Virus record (IMG/VR): IMGVR_UViG_2778261256_000006
Coordinates: 1-55,611 of that record
Source of the DNA: a virus
Taxonomy: Duplodnaviria > Heunggongvirae > Uroviricota > Caudoviricetes
Length of the DNA stretch: 55,611 nt
Direction: 5' to 3' (one strand)
Positions within the stretch are counted from its first letter, which is position 1, and each line of letters begins with the position of its first letter. Shown piece after piece: positions 22,958 through 32,566 of this stretch. Both the position numbers and the translations under genes were made by a program. The notes under the pieces were generated by a model. It was not told where the DNA came from and searched no databases. It worked only from the letters and a program-made list of their open reading frames with translations.

Positions 22958-23656
22958 ATGAAAAATATCCTACTGGCATCATTGTTGGTGGCATCGCCGG
23001 CTGCTTTTGCAGCTAGCTTTGACTGCCAAAAGGCTTCGACAGAAATCGAACACAAAATCTGCGATAACGAACGCTTGTCAAAATTAGACGAACAACTTAG
23101 CTCTACCTATTCCAACGCACTCAAAGCAAACCCGGGGGACGCAGACACCTTAAAGACGGTTCAGCGTCAGTGGGTAAGTATGCGTGGAAAACTCACTGGT
23201 GATAAGGCTCTGGAGCTGGCTTATCTAATCCAAATTAATGGCCTCAAGAGTTTGGATGGTTCGGCCAGCACAGCGGTGGTCAATGAGACACCGAAGCCGG
23301 TGCAGAAACAGCCTGAAGTTCAAGAAAAGACAAGTAAGGCAGACACAAAGCCGGCTAAGAGCGGTAATGAGCTAACTCTGGAGTCATTCCGAGCTAAGTA
23401 TATTGAGATTGATGGTGAGTACTACAGCACAACATCTCTTCCTAGAGGGAGTTCGTTCTTATTCACCTGCGCCAGTCGCATTGCCGATGACCAAGTTAAT
23501 GTCTGGAAGAAGCACGCGGCAAAAGAGGGCAAGATCGACCTTTTCTTTGAGCTTGAGAGCCGAATACACACCGCGATGCTGAATGCCAATTTTCAGAAGC
23601 TGAATAGTGATTTAACTAAAACAGGCATTTGCGATCTGATTACCGCTGTTCCGTAA
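22958..23656 (+). CDS. secreted DUF1311/LprI-like (lysozyme-inhibitor-like) domain protein
   Basis: Signal peptide (MKNILLASLLVASPAAFA) followed by FDCQKASTEIEHKICDNERLSKLDEQL..RQWVSMR, typical of DUF1311. Confidence 0.6.
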   Translation: MKNILLASLLVASPAAFAASFDCQKASTEIEHKICDNERLSKLDEQLSSTYSNALKANPGDADTLKTVQRQWVSMRGKLTGDKALELAYLIQINGLKSLDGSASTAVVNETPKPVQKQPEVQEKTSKADTKPAKSGNELTLESFRAKYIEIDGEYYSTTSLPRGSSFLFTCASRIADDQVNVWKKHAAKEGKIDLFFELESRIHTAMLNANFQKLNSDLTKTGICDLITAVP

Positions 23657-23663
23657 GCCAGAT

Positions 23664-23684
23664 AAGGCCACTATTTGTGGCCTT
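23664..23684 (+). other. hairpin AAGGCCAC..GTGGCCTT (repeated element, copy 1)
   Basis: Inverted repeat after the stop; related copies at 29538 and 30009. Confidence 0.5.
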
Positions 23685-24102
23685 AAACAATTTGTTTAAT
23701 TAGTGGTGTAATTATTGGAATCCCAGGCGAACTAAATCCATTGGGCAGAACAGATCTTCCACACCTTCGATAGACACGCAGTCAGAGCGGCGTAATTGTT
23801 CTTCTGATTTGCCTTCCCCACTGATTTCTCTGATTACTCCCGTTGCGCCATTCATTGCCACCATGACATGGCTGCCGATAGTGATAGCATTACGGTTTCG
23901 ATCATACGTCTTTATCGTTTCCTCCTTTCACATGGGGCAAATCAGGTTTCAAAAATTGCCGTTTTCCATGTATATGCGATTTGCAAAATATCAATTTCCT
24001 AAACAAATTGTTTTCACCCGCTAGTTATTACACACAGGCGAAGTTGACCGCGCTTCATATAAATATCACTGTCTATACATACAGTGTATAAGGGGAAAAA
24101 AA

Positions 24103-24369
24103 ATGGGCGGAAAAGACTCAAGCTATCAGATCGTTTACAGAGGTGAGACGCTCGAAAACTTTAAACCGGGGCAGTATGTCTTCTTTCAACGAGCGAAGGA
24201 GTATGGCGGCGGATATTGGTTGGGCAGGACTCATGAAGATGGGTTCGAGTTTTTGCTGGAGGAGCCAACCTCGCTGGGAAGAGGTTTTGAGTTTCTGATA
24301 ACTCACTCGAGCGTGGAGGCCAGATTTATGGAGTTCGTCGACGATGCGGACGACTTCAAACTCACCTAA
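24103..24369 (+). CDS. hypothetical protein
   Basis: 88-aa ORF with upstream operator-like motif. Confidence 0.45.
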   Translation: MGGKDSSYQIVYRGETLENFKPGQYVFFQRAKEYGGGYWLGRTHEDGFEFLLEEPTSLGRGFEFLITHSSVEARFMEFVDDADDFKLT

Positions 24370-24454
24370 TCATCCCTTAAATATCTTGTTTTCTGCCTTT
24401 TGTTATTTGAGATAATAACACCAATTAGAAAACAAGTTGTTTAAGGAATCATCC

Positions 24455-24691
24455 ATGTTTGGAACCGCAAAAGAGCTTATCGAAAAGCTGGAGAACTACC
24501 CAGAAGACGAGCCGCTGCTGATGGTTGTGTGGCATAAGGAAGACGTAGGCGAAGTACGCCCAGACCTTACTGACTATCAGTGCGCCCAGGTCTTGCGCAG
24601 AATCAAAGAGTGCCATGATGCCAATATCGGCGTGAATTGGGACGTTATCTCTGACACGGCCGACATCCTGTTTCCGAAGGAGAAGGCATGA
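24455..24691 (+). CDS. hypothetical protein
   Basis: ATG 8 nt after an AAGGA RBS that follows the operator-like motif; 78 aa. Confidence 0.5.
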   Translation: MFGTAKELIEKLENYPEDEPLLMVVWHKEDVGEVRPDLTDYQCAQVLRRIKECHDANIGVNWDVISDTADILFPKEKA

Positions 24692-25008
24692 TGCTGACAT
24701 TGAAAGAATCCTATAAGACCGCAGTGATCAGCACCGCCCATGTCACGGCCAAAGACTCCGAGCAGCTGCCTGTCGTGTGCTTTGACCCGTTGACCGATCG
24801 CGGGTTGAATTGGGTACATGGTACACAGTACGGCTGGATTGTTCGTGCTGGAATGCGAGGGAATGACTGGAAAGAAGAGCTGCGTGAGTATGGCATTTCC
24901 GAAGAGACGATCTCCAACATACAGACCATAGTGGATGCCGGGTATGATTCGGTACAATTTGACTGTGATGCGGAGCTGGTGGATGGGATGCCAGCATGGA
25001 ATTGGTAG
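24688..25008 (+). CDS. hypothetical protein
   Basis: 106-aa ORF overlapping the upstream stop. Confidence 0.5.
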   Translation: MMLTLKESYKTAVISTAHVTAKDSEQLPVVCFDPLTDRGLNWVHGTQYGWIVRAGMRGNDWKEELREYGISEETISNIQTIVDAGYDSVQFDCDAELVDGMPAWNW

Positions 25009-25023
25009 ATATAACTACTAGCA

Positions 25024-25650
25024 ATGGCGGGAATAATTACCTGGAAAGTTGATATCATATACCCGCTTGTATTTCAAAATGGAATGGATGTAATGGAAAT
25101 CGATACTTTAGAAAAAAAATCAGTTAAAAACCTCTACGCGTGGCTTATAGCAATACTGCCGTTTGTTGTCAGCGTCCCCCCTGCTGAGTACGACAATTAC
25201 GTTATGGTGATTTCGTTCGTCATTGGGCTTGGACTGCTGGTCGCCGATCGCATGAATTTGACTGAGGCAGGCTATGAGCCACCATCATTCTTATGTGGGT
25301 TCTTTATCCCCCCTGTGTATCTCTGGAAACGAGCGACGGTTCTTGGAAGTAACCGACTGCTGTTTATCGTATGGATTGTTGCCTTTGCTGCATCATTTTT
25401 CGTGTATAGCTTCAACGCAGATTCAGCGCTTGAAGAAGCTGCTTGCCCTATAGTTACCACTATTCTGAAAGAAAATAACGGTTCAGAAGCATCTAAATGC
25501 ATGAAGGTAACAATTCAGGACAAAGTGACGGACAAGTTCTACAAAGCCACGGCTACACTGGATAACGGTAATGACATTAACATCACTATCGAAATGATCG
25601 GTGACGAGAATTTCTACGTTCGCGTGCCTAATTACTACCTAAACGACTAA
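25024..25650 (+). CDS. membrane protein (multiple TM segments)
   Basis: Hydrophobic segments (LIAILPFVVSV, MVISFVIGLGLLVA, LLFIVWIVAFAASFFVY). Confidence 0.5.
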   Translation: MAGIITWKVDIIYPLVFQNGMDVMEIDTLEKKSVKNLYAWLIAILPFVVSVPPAEYDNYVMVISFVIGLGLLVADRMNLTEAGYEPPSFLCGFFIPPVYLWKRATVLGSNRLLFIVWIVAFAASFFVYSFNADSALEEAACPIVTTILKENNGSEASKCMKVTIQDKVTDKFYKATATLDNGNDINITIEMIGDENFYVRVPNYYLND

Positions 25651-27150
25651 CGGCTGCAACTCGTTGACATTGGCGGTCACAAATTGAGGATTTCTATAAG
25701 AGTCCGTTGATCGCCACTTCCCCCACCTCTCCAACCTACCCCAGCCCAGGGGTGACAAGGCATTTAAGCCAATTACACCCATAAGAAAACAAATAAATAA
25801 CACGTCAACGAAAAGTCAACGCTTTCCTCTGATTTGGTCTAAAAAGTTGACGTTTTCGCAAGCCATCTCTTATACCCAAAATCCTGCGCACCAGAATCCA
25901 TCTCCCTGCGACCAAAACGTCAAAAACGACTCGTGATATCACTCAAAAACAGAAGCGCTCAGAAGCGCTCCCGTTGCGTTATATTGGGCATCTAAACAAG
26001 TTGTTTTCAGGAATAAGAAAACAAGTTAACAACCCCCACAGGAAACCCAGAGACGCCATTACCCACAATCCCGGAAACACCCACCTCTTCCTGTCAGACT
26101 ACCGAAAAGACCCACCTCATTGCCCCAGGCTACAGACCACCCACCTAATATTCCCAGGCAACCGAGAACGCGGTTCGCACGCGCAAACCCCGATACGTCA
26201 TTACCCAATACACGGAGAAGAACAGCCAGAACGAAACCCCGGACAAACCCAGACAAGAACAGGAGCCGTCACAATCTCGTTTACCCACCATTACCCCGAA
26301 AGAGAGCGCAAATTCCTGAATAGCAGGGAACGCCATTACTTCATATGCGGAGAACAACTAAAGCGCCCTACTGCCATTACCCACACTTTCATCATTTCAC
26401 GTAAACGAAGAGAAAAGTGCACCTGCCATTACTCCATACACGGAGAAGAACACTCACCAAAACGACGAGAACAACCCAGACGAAAACACAGAGAAGAACC
26501 ACCTCAAGAAGAACGAAACCACATATGCCGGTAGAAAGAACAAACCACCCATTTCACCCAAAGGAATACTCGCCGTATAGAGCGTTATCAGAGGGAAGGT
26601 TTGTGCCCACATAAGAGAGAAAATTCGTGGGAGGTATAAGTGGGAAGGGAAGGAGGGGTATCGCTACTTTCTCCGTATAAATTCAAGCCATAGTTTTCGT
26701 CCCCCGTAACGTCCCTTTCCACCCCTTCGGTCAGCCTTCGGGCCATCCAGGGAAAAGGCTGGAGGTTTTCAGGGAAACGGTGGGAATCCCGCTATACGAA
26801 CCGGGAAAAGCTGGCTGCCGGTCGGGAAACGGGTACATCCCGGTACAGAGCGAGGGACGACTGCGGGAGCGGTGCGGGAAATCTTCGGGAGTGCGCCTTG
26901 CTCTTCGCTCGCCTGAAAATCGCGAGGGAGTGTCGTTCCCTCTCGTGCAGCTGCTGAACTCCATTCTGCCAGACCATCCTCGGGTCTCAAGCGATTTCAG
27001 TAGGTTTTCGGGGAGAAGAAAATTCTGCCCACCAGCCCTGCGGCGCGCGTAGAGCAGAATATCGTAAATACTGGTTCCCGTGTCGTTCCCGGATATTCAC
27101 TGCCCAGCCTGGCTTTCACGACATAAAATCCTTTTTCGCCTTTGTCTTAT
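25650..27150. repeat. 1.5-kb non-coding stretch rich in degenerate short direct repeats
   Basis: No convincing ORF (only low-complexity frames); repeated CGTCAACG/CGTTGAC, CCATTAC..ACGGAGAAGAACA (x3), CCACC-rich and GGGAAAHGG units. Confidence 0.55.
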
Positions 27151-27217
27151 TGCGACAATAACACCAACAAGTAAACAACATGTTTAGACGTTATATAAAC
27201 GAAGTGAGGATGAAGGG

Positions 27218-27436
27218 ATGATTAAGATGCCTGTGACGGTTGAGGTGTGGGGCGTGGATTCCCTGGCTGAGTGTCTGGATGCAGTGGGGCCGGAGTTGTA
27301 CCGCAAGTTGTGGTCGTTCGTCCCGGCAGAAGGGGAATCGCCCAAAGGGAAGGATATCTGGCACCTGCTTAGTGAAGATGAAAAGCGGGAGCTGGTGGAC
27401 GCGGTACACAGCGAGTTCCCGGACGACGAAGATTAA
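27218..27436 (+). CDS. small acidic hypothetical protein
   Basis: 72 aa; preceded by GATAAT plus operator-like palindrome. Confidence 0.5.
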   Translation: MIKMPVTVEVWGVDSLAECLDAVGPELYRKLWSFVPAEGESPKGKDIWHLLSEDEKRELVDAVHSEFPDDED

Positions 27437-27575
27437 GAGTGAGACCACCAGCACGGTGGCTTTTGTCGCTATTAACCTCCGGGGCAGCGCAGCACCGTAA
27501 CGATATACTTTGTGGCCGTTTTCTTACTGGTATTGTTTACGCAATTCAGAAAACAACATGTTTAAGGATTGCTTT

Positions 27576-27905
27576 ATGTTTGCAAATATCGACATCAACC
27601 AAATCAAGAAAATGACTCAAAAAGAGTTTGACCAGTTTTATGAGTTAGAAGGTTGGTCTTCCACGCTGATCAATTCGCGCTGGGTGCTTGAGCTGATGAC
27701 TCGTGATGATGCTCCTGCTTTGATTATTTGCGACATGGGTGAAGATGCTGACTTTATGGATATGAGCGAATTTTGTGTGGACACATACAACCGCAGCCAG
27801 AAGTACTACTTCACATGCGATAGCGAGAATGACGTGATTTCTAAGCTCTATCTTCACCTTGTCCAGCATTGGGACGTGCAGGAATTCCTTGAGTTATTCG
27901 CGTAA
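27576..27905 (+). CDS. small acidic hypothetical protein
   Basis: 109 aa; AAGGA RBS directly after the operator-like palindrome. Confidence 0.5.
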   Translation: MFANIDINQIKKMTQKEFDQFYELEGWSSTLINSRWVLELMTRDDAPALIICDMGEDADFMDMSEFCVDTYNRSQKYYFTCDSENDVISKLYLHLVQHWDVQEFLELFA

Positions 27906-28065
27906 GCCCAACCAAAGCCAGCACCGCCTGCTGGCTTAACTTCTCTGTAGCCGCAGGGCTGAACCACCTTTAGATAATTCATGTGCCTGAGCAATATGCT
28001 TTGTAGCCGTTTTTACACTGGTATTATTTACGCCATTGAGAAAACAATTTGTTTACGGAGTGGTG

Positions 28066-28377
28066 ATGAATACTTCATTGGTGCTGGGTCTTGCTGAAGG
28101 CCAGGAGAGAAAAGAAAAACCAACCTTAATGGGGCATCTCACATTGCTGGATATCGTAGCGAATGGGACTTCTATCCGTCTGTTTCGTGAAAAAGCCATT
28201 ACCTTCGACGCGGGCAATTTTACGCGCTATGTGATGGTAGTTCGTCGCCAGCGTGGAAGAGGGTGGATGTCGGTCCAGAAAATGTGGCCAGAGGACCAGC
28301 TTGAACTGGCGCTGATGGAAGCCAACCGTGTCGCCCAACAAGAGATCCAACGAGCGTCTGTTCAGGCGGTAGCTTAA
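28066..28377 (+). CDS. small hypothetical protein
   Basis: 103 aa; operator-like motif then RBS; followed by a terminator. Confidence 0.5.
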   Translation: MNTSLVLGLAEGQERKEKPTLMGHLTLLDIVANGTSIRLFREKAITFDAGNFTRYVMVVRRQRGRGWMSVQKMWPEDQLELALMEANRVAQQEIQRASVQAVA

Positions 28378-28411
28378 ACATGTGCAAGCAGTAGTTAGTC
28401 GACCCTACGAC

Positions 28412-28440
28412 AGCCCCGTCCATCCTTCGGGGCTTTTTTG
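28412..28440 (+). terminator. rho-independent terminator
   Basis: AGCCCCG..CGGGGCT hairpin followed by TTTTTT. Confidence 0.65.
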
Positions 28441-28498
28441 TATTGTAAGTACTTACTTATGATAATAAAATTAAAAATTAAACACTAAGGAGAGTGAA

Positions 28499-28894
28499 AT
28501 GACCGTTAAACGCGAAAATCTGACCCTGGATATGTATTATGCATCAGAGACGGAAAATGGAGACAAAGTTGCAAAAATTACAATTGTGCTACGCGATAAT
28601 GCCTCCGGCGAAGAAGTTCACACCAGTACCTTAACTCGCACCGGCGAGGCGACAAAGGGGAAATATTCGGTGCGTTACCAAAGCATCAGTAATGCTTCTG
28701 ACCCTTTACTGATAAAACTGGAAACTCATTTCCGTGGCGCGGATCAGACGTTGTTTGAAAATTTGATGAAAAAGGTCGATACGGTTTATACATCGAGTTT
28801 AAATACCAATAGTACCTGGATGGGACAACACGGTCTGCGAATAATCTCCGGCGAAAAGATCGACACCATTGTCCCTGAAAGCGTATTCGCTTAA
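28499..28894 (+). CDS. hypothetical protein
   Basis: 131 aa; preceded by the GTAAGTACTTAC palindrome and AAGGAG RBS. Confidence 0.5.
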   Translation: MTVKRENLTLDMYYASETENGDKVAKITIVLRDNASGEEVHTSTLTRTGEATKGKYSVRYQSISNASDPLLIKLETHFRGADQTLFENLMKKVDTVYTSSLNTNSTWMGQHGLRIISGEKIDTIVPESVFA

Positions 28895-28903
28895 TCCTCT
28901 TTG

Positions 28904-28930
28904 AATGGCGCGTATCCCGCGCCATTTTCT
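28904..28930 (+). terminator. rho-independent terminator
   Basis: AATGGCGCG-TATCC-CGCGCCATT followed by TTCTT. Confidence 0.6.
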
Positions 28931-29011
28931 TATCCCCGATAACAAAATGTTTTCTGCCTTATCTGATTTGTGAAAATGATTTCACTGAAGCAACTTAATA
29001 AGGAAACCATC

Positions 29012-29386
29012 ATGGGACTTGATATCTATATCGAGACGCAGCCTAAAAACGATCTGAATAACGAGGCATCCAGAAAGCAGGTTGCTTACTTCCGTAAGTT
29101 CAATGCGCTCGTTGGGTGGATGGAGCGCAACGTAGGTGAAGTCGAAAATTGTGAGCTTTTAGAATTAACGATGAATGACATTTGTTTTCTGAAGGCTCAT
29201 TTGATGCACATAAACGAAAGTAATTGCGAAGAGTACTTGCCTACCCAGGAAGGTTTTTTCTTCGGCAGTCAGGAGTACGATGAAGGTTACTGGCATGATG
29301 TGGGGGAGTTGAAAGAGATTGTGGAAGATCTGATTAAGAACCACGACTTTCACAATAATAGACTGACCTTCTGCGCCTGGTGGTAA
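29012..29386 (+). CDS. hypothetical protein
   Basis: ORF 28970-29386; ATG 29012 (MGLDIYIE) is the more likely start. Confidence 0.45.
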   Translation: MGLDIYIETQPKNDLNNEASRKQVAYFRKFNALVGWMERNVGEVENCELLELTMNDICFLKAHLMHINESNCEEYLPTQEGFFFGSQEYDEGYWHDVGELKEIVEDLIKNHDFHNNRLTFCAWW

Positions 29387-29722
29387 ATATGGGCGATTTC
29401 AAGAAACGCCTGAAGGAGAGAGCCGAGATGGTCAGAAAGCGAAACGCCTCTTCTGTCATAAGATACGCAAGGCAGTTTAGTCGCAACAACAAATCAGTTG
29501 AGGAAAAGATCCTTAGCGTAATCGGGCGATAATTATTAAGGCCACCAGCATTGGTGGTCTTAAATGACTTTTAATAACCGAAGGTTAGTTTAAAACCTGG
29601 CTATCAACTTCCAGAACCTTTCTTGTGTATTCAGCCTGTATTAACTTCTTTTATGCCTTATCTACACTGCGATAATTACACCAACAAGAAAACAATATGT
29701 TTACGCAGTGAGGATATGCTCA

Positions 29723-30003
29723 TGACTGATTTCACCATTACCCCTAAAGCACAAAATGTATTCCTTGAATCATGGCTGGACTTGCCGGAAACAGAACAGC
29801 AAGAAATGGATCATGTGGAATATGACGAGCAGGTAAGCACGCGATTCTTCCACTTTGAGGGCTGCGTTTACGACATTGCCGACTTCATGCGAGATGACCG
29901 CTTCCCTGAATGGCACGCAAGCTATCCACTAAACGCCTTCGCCATGCTGATGATCCGTGTGGATGATTCAGGGGATACCATCGACATCGGTCTGCTCCAC
30001 TAA
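29723..30003 (+). CDS. small acidic hypothetical protein
   Basis: 93 aa; GATAAT plus operator-like palindrome upstream; followed by a hairpin. Confidence 0.5.
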
Positions 30004-30207
30004 AGAGTAAGGCCACCAATGCTGGTGGCCTTAAATGACCATCCTGTTTCCCGCAGGCTAAAAACACCAACCTCTTACCTCTAGGCAACCGACAAACCCA
30101 CCTGTTCCCGTCCGGCTACCGCAACTTTCCACTTTGACGCCTTATTCGTACAACGATAATTAACACCAACAAGAAAACAATTTGTTATTTACGATAAGGA
30201 ATTAATC

Positions 30208-30690
30208 ATGAATTTTATCGCTACTGTAAACGCACCCGCACATGGCAATATCGCTGTAACGTTCTCTGACATTGAAAAACGAGTACTTGGTGCATGGCGC
30301 GACAATGAGACGGTAGAACTGTCAGCACAAGAAAAATGCATTATTGCACGCGACATCATTGGCAATCGTCGTTACTCGCGGGTATTTGAGAAAGCATATG
30401 TGGTAAATTCTGGATTCGGAACGTTCGTCTTTCCGGTGCGCTCCGGGCGATTCTGCCAGTCCAAGCTGATTGAGTTCGCTACGCAGATTTCTGTCTGGAT
30501 TAAAACTCAATCGTCGTTCAAATTTTCCGACGATGAAGCAGTATCGCAGGGGATGCGGATCGCCAACAATGCAATAAAATACAAAAACATTACGTATGCC
30601 GCTGGCGTTGACACATGGAAACTGTTTTGCGCTAACTTTATGCTGAATGTATACGCAAGCAACCGCATCCACATCCTTGATGGCGTGTAA
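30208..30690 (+). CDS. hypothetical protein
   Basis: 160 aa; GATAAT plus operator-like palindrome upstream; followed by a terminator. Confidence 0.5.
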   Translation: MNFIATVNAPAHGNIAVTFSDIEKRVLGAWRDNETVELSAQEKCIIARDIIGNRRYSRVFEKAYVVNSGFGTFVFPVRSGRFCQSKLIEFATQISVWIKTQSSFKFSDDEAVSQGMRIANNAIKYKNITYAAGVDTWKLFCANFMLNVYASNRIHILDGV

Positions 30691-30696
30691 CTGAGA

Positions 30697-30722
30697 AGAG
30701 GGCCAGAAACGGCCCTTTCTCT
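30697..30722 (+). terminator. rho-independent terminator
   Basis: AGAGGGCC-AGAAAC-GGCCCT followed by TTCT. Confidence 0.55.
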
Positions 30723-31313
30723 ATAGCCACCAGCTGCCGCAGGGAAATTTTCAGAAACGGCGAGGAACGCATTCATGAGCCGACGGGAAACGGCCAAGAT
30801 TTTTTCGGGAAACGGCGGGGGTCGCCTTTATGTAGAAAACTGAGCGGGAGAAACCCGGAATCGCGCCAGAAATTGCGTAGCGGCGCTGGGGTAGCGCTGG
30901 TGGGGTTTCAGCCCCTGGGCCATCCAGATAGCTTTCGCTATGTGATTATGTGAATCCGTGGGTAAATCACTGTAAGCGCGTACACGTTGCCCAACGTGGC
31001 GATCATATGCGAGCGGATACAAAACAACACAAAGAGCCGATCCGCGCCGACAAATAAACGCGGATCACATAGCAAGACTAAAAGCCAATGATTAACCATA
31101 CTCTATAGCGCAATATAACGCGTTTTAAGCGCGTTAATGTGTTAAGTAATGGGTATGTACTGACAAGGATATAAAAGCGCGTCTATGGCGTTATTTTGGT
31201 GCTTATTTTTATGTTGTTGGAGTGAGTTAAAGACAATAAAAAACGCGCCAATGATGGCGCGTTATGGTGGGAGTATTGGAAACGAAAAAAGCGCCCATAG
31301 TGGGCGCTCGATT

Positions 31314-31544
31314 TTATTTGTGTAAACTAATTTTGAATCCCATTTCTACAAACGCTTTTAACATTAAAAATATATCAGCGTCGTTCACGTCTGCTTTTTT
31401 TCGCTCCTGGTCGTTCAATAAGTCAATTTTGCGCGTTGTTTCATTTATAAACTCGACTGCGCGCCCAGCGATCCCAGCGATCCCAGCGATGCGATTAACA
31501 TAATATTCATTATGGACGTTAACGCCAGCGATAAGAACAAACAT
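31314..31544 (-). CDS. small hypothetical protein containing a 9-bp triple tandem repeat (IAGIAGIAG)
   Basis: 76-aa ORF in the AT-rich islet, bracketed by two copies of the hairpin GCGCCCATAGTGGGCGC (31288-31315, 31563-31585). Confidence 0.35.
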   Translation of the reverse strand: MFVLIAGVNVHNEYYVNRIAGIAGIAGRAVEFINETTRKIDLLNDQERKKADVNDADIFLMLKAFVEMGFKISLHK

Positions 31545-31594
31545 GATTAAGCTCCTTAAAACTAGCGCCCATAGTGGGCGCTATATCCATCTAA

Positions 31595-32245
31595 TTACGC
31601 TTTGAAAGCATCAGCCAGATAGTTATAAAAATCATTTTTAACGAAGCGATATTGCTGTGATCCGTTTTTCGCTGCACCCATTCCTTTGATTTTTTCGACC
31701 AGTCCCAGACGTTCGCAAAGATTGATAAGCTGGTTGGCTTGAGTGTATCCTGCGTCTAATTTTATTTCGTTGGCTTTTTTCGCTTCATTCATTAAATCGA
31801 AAACAGCGCCATTGGTGAACGTGTCGATCTCGTCGTTAATCATATCGATTAATGCGAATACACGAGATCCGGACATATCAGCGACGGAATAAACACACTT
31901 TCCAGCTTTAATAGATTTAACCAGATAAACCAGTTTTTCGAGTGAATAGCTATTGGTCATAGCTTCACGGAAAAACGCTTCAGGTGCTTGTTTGCTTGCT
32001 TTAATCGCGTAGTAAAAGACACCAGCTAATTTCTCATCATTAACAGCGTTTAAAACGTTGTTGGTGAAGTATGCTAGTTTGGTAGACGCTGCAAGCATGT
32101 TGGCTTTATCCGCTTTTGTGTGCGTACCATTCTGATAATGATTGTTATAAGTCTGAGTAGCGTTGTTGGCTGCAACTTGCAATTCATTAGCGATAACTAC
32201 AGCAGCGTCGATGATGGATTTTTTAGAAATGGTAACGTTAGACAT
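31595..32245 (-). CDS. hypothetical protein (AT-rich islet)
   Basis: 216-aa ORF with strongly AT-rich upstream region (32250-32560); no recognisable motif. Confidence 0.5.
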   Translation of the reverse strand: MSNVTISKKSIIDAAVVIANELQVAANNATQTYNNHYQNGTHTKADKANMLAASTKLAYFTNNVLNAVNDEKLAGVFYYAIKASKQAPEAFFREAMTNSYSLEKLVYLVKSIKAGKCVYSVADMSGSRVFALIDMINDEIDTFTNGAVFDLMNEAKKANEIKLDAGYTQANQLINLCERLGLVEKIKGMGAAKNGSQQYRFVKNDFYNYLADAFKA

Positions 32246-32566
32246 GATGTTAATCCTTATGTAATGTTGATAACTTAATTTGTTATTTATTTATCGTTAG
32301 CGCGTTCGCTTTCGATGTGATTAATTATCGACATACAGAAAATAAAATCAAGAGTTTTTTTGTTCGGGAATGAAAAATTTTATTAAATAAAAATCAAAGT
32401 CTTAGAAATAAAATGCATTTTCTCGAAGGTGTTGCCTAAATAAATTCTCTATTCAGCCAATCACCCTTATATATTTAAATTGGAATCGAGTTTGTGGGAA
32501 ATAAATATAACGGGAAGTGACGAATAAAATAATAACCGGACTTAGCCGGTTATTACCCTTATAGAT

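Noticed and set aside
25974-26534. 186-aa plus-strand ORF rich in His/Pro/Arg/Glu
   Set aside because: Lies in the repeat-rich non-coding region; the amino-acid periodicity mirrors the nucleotide repeats, and there is no RBS or motif.
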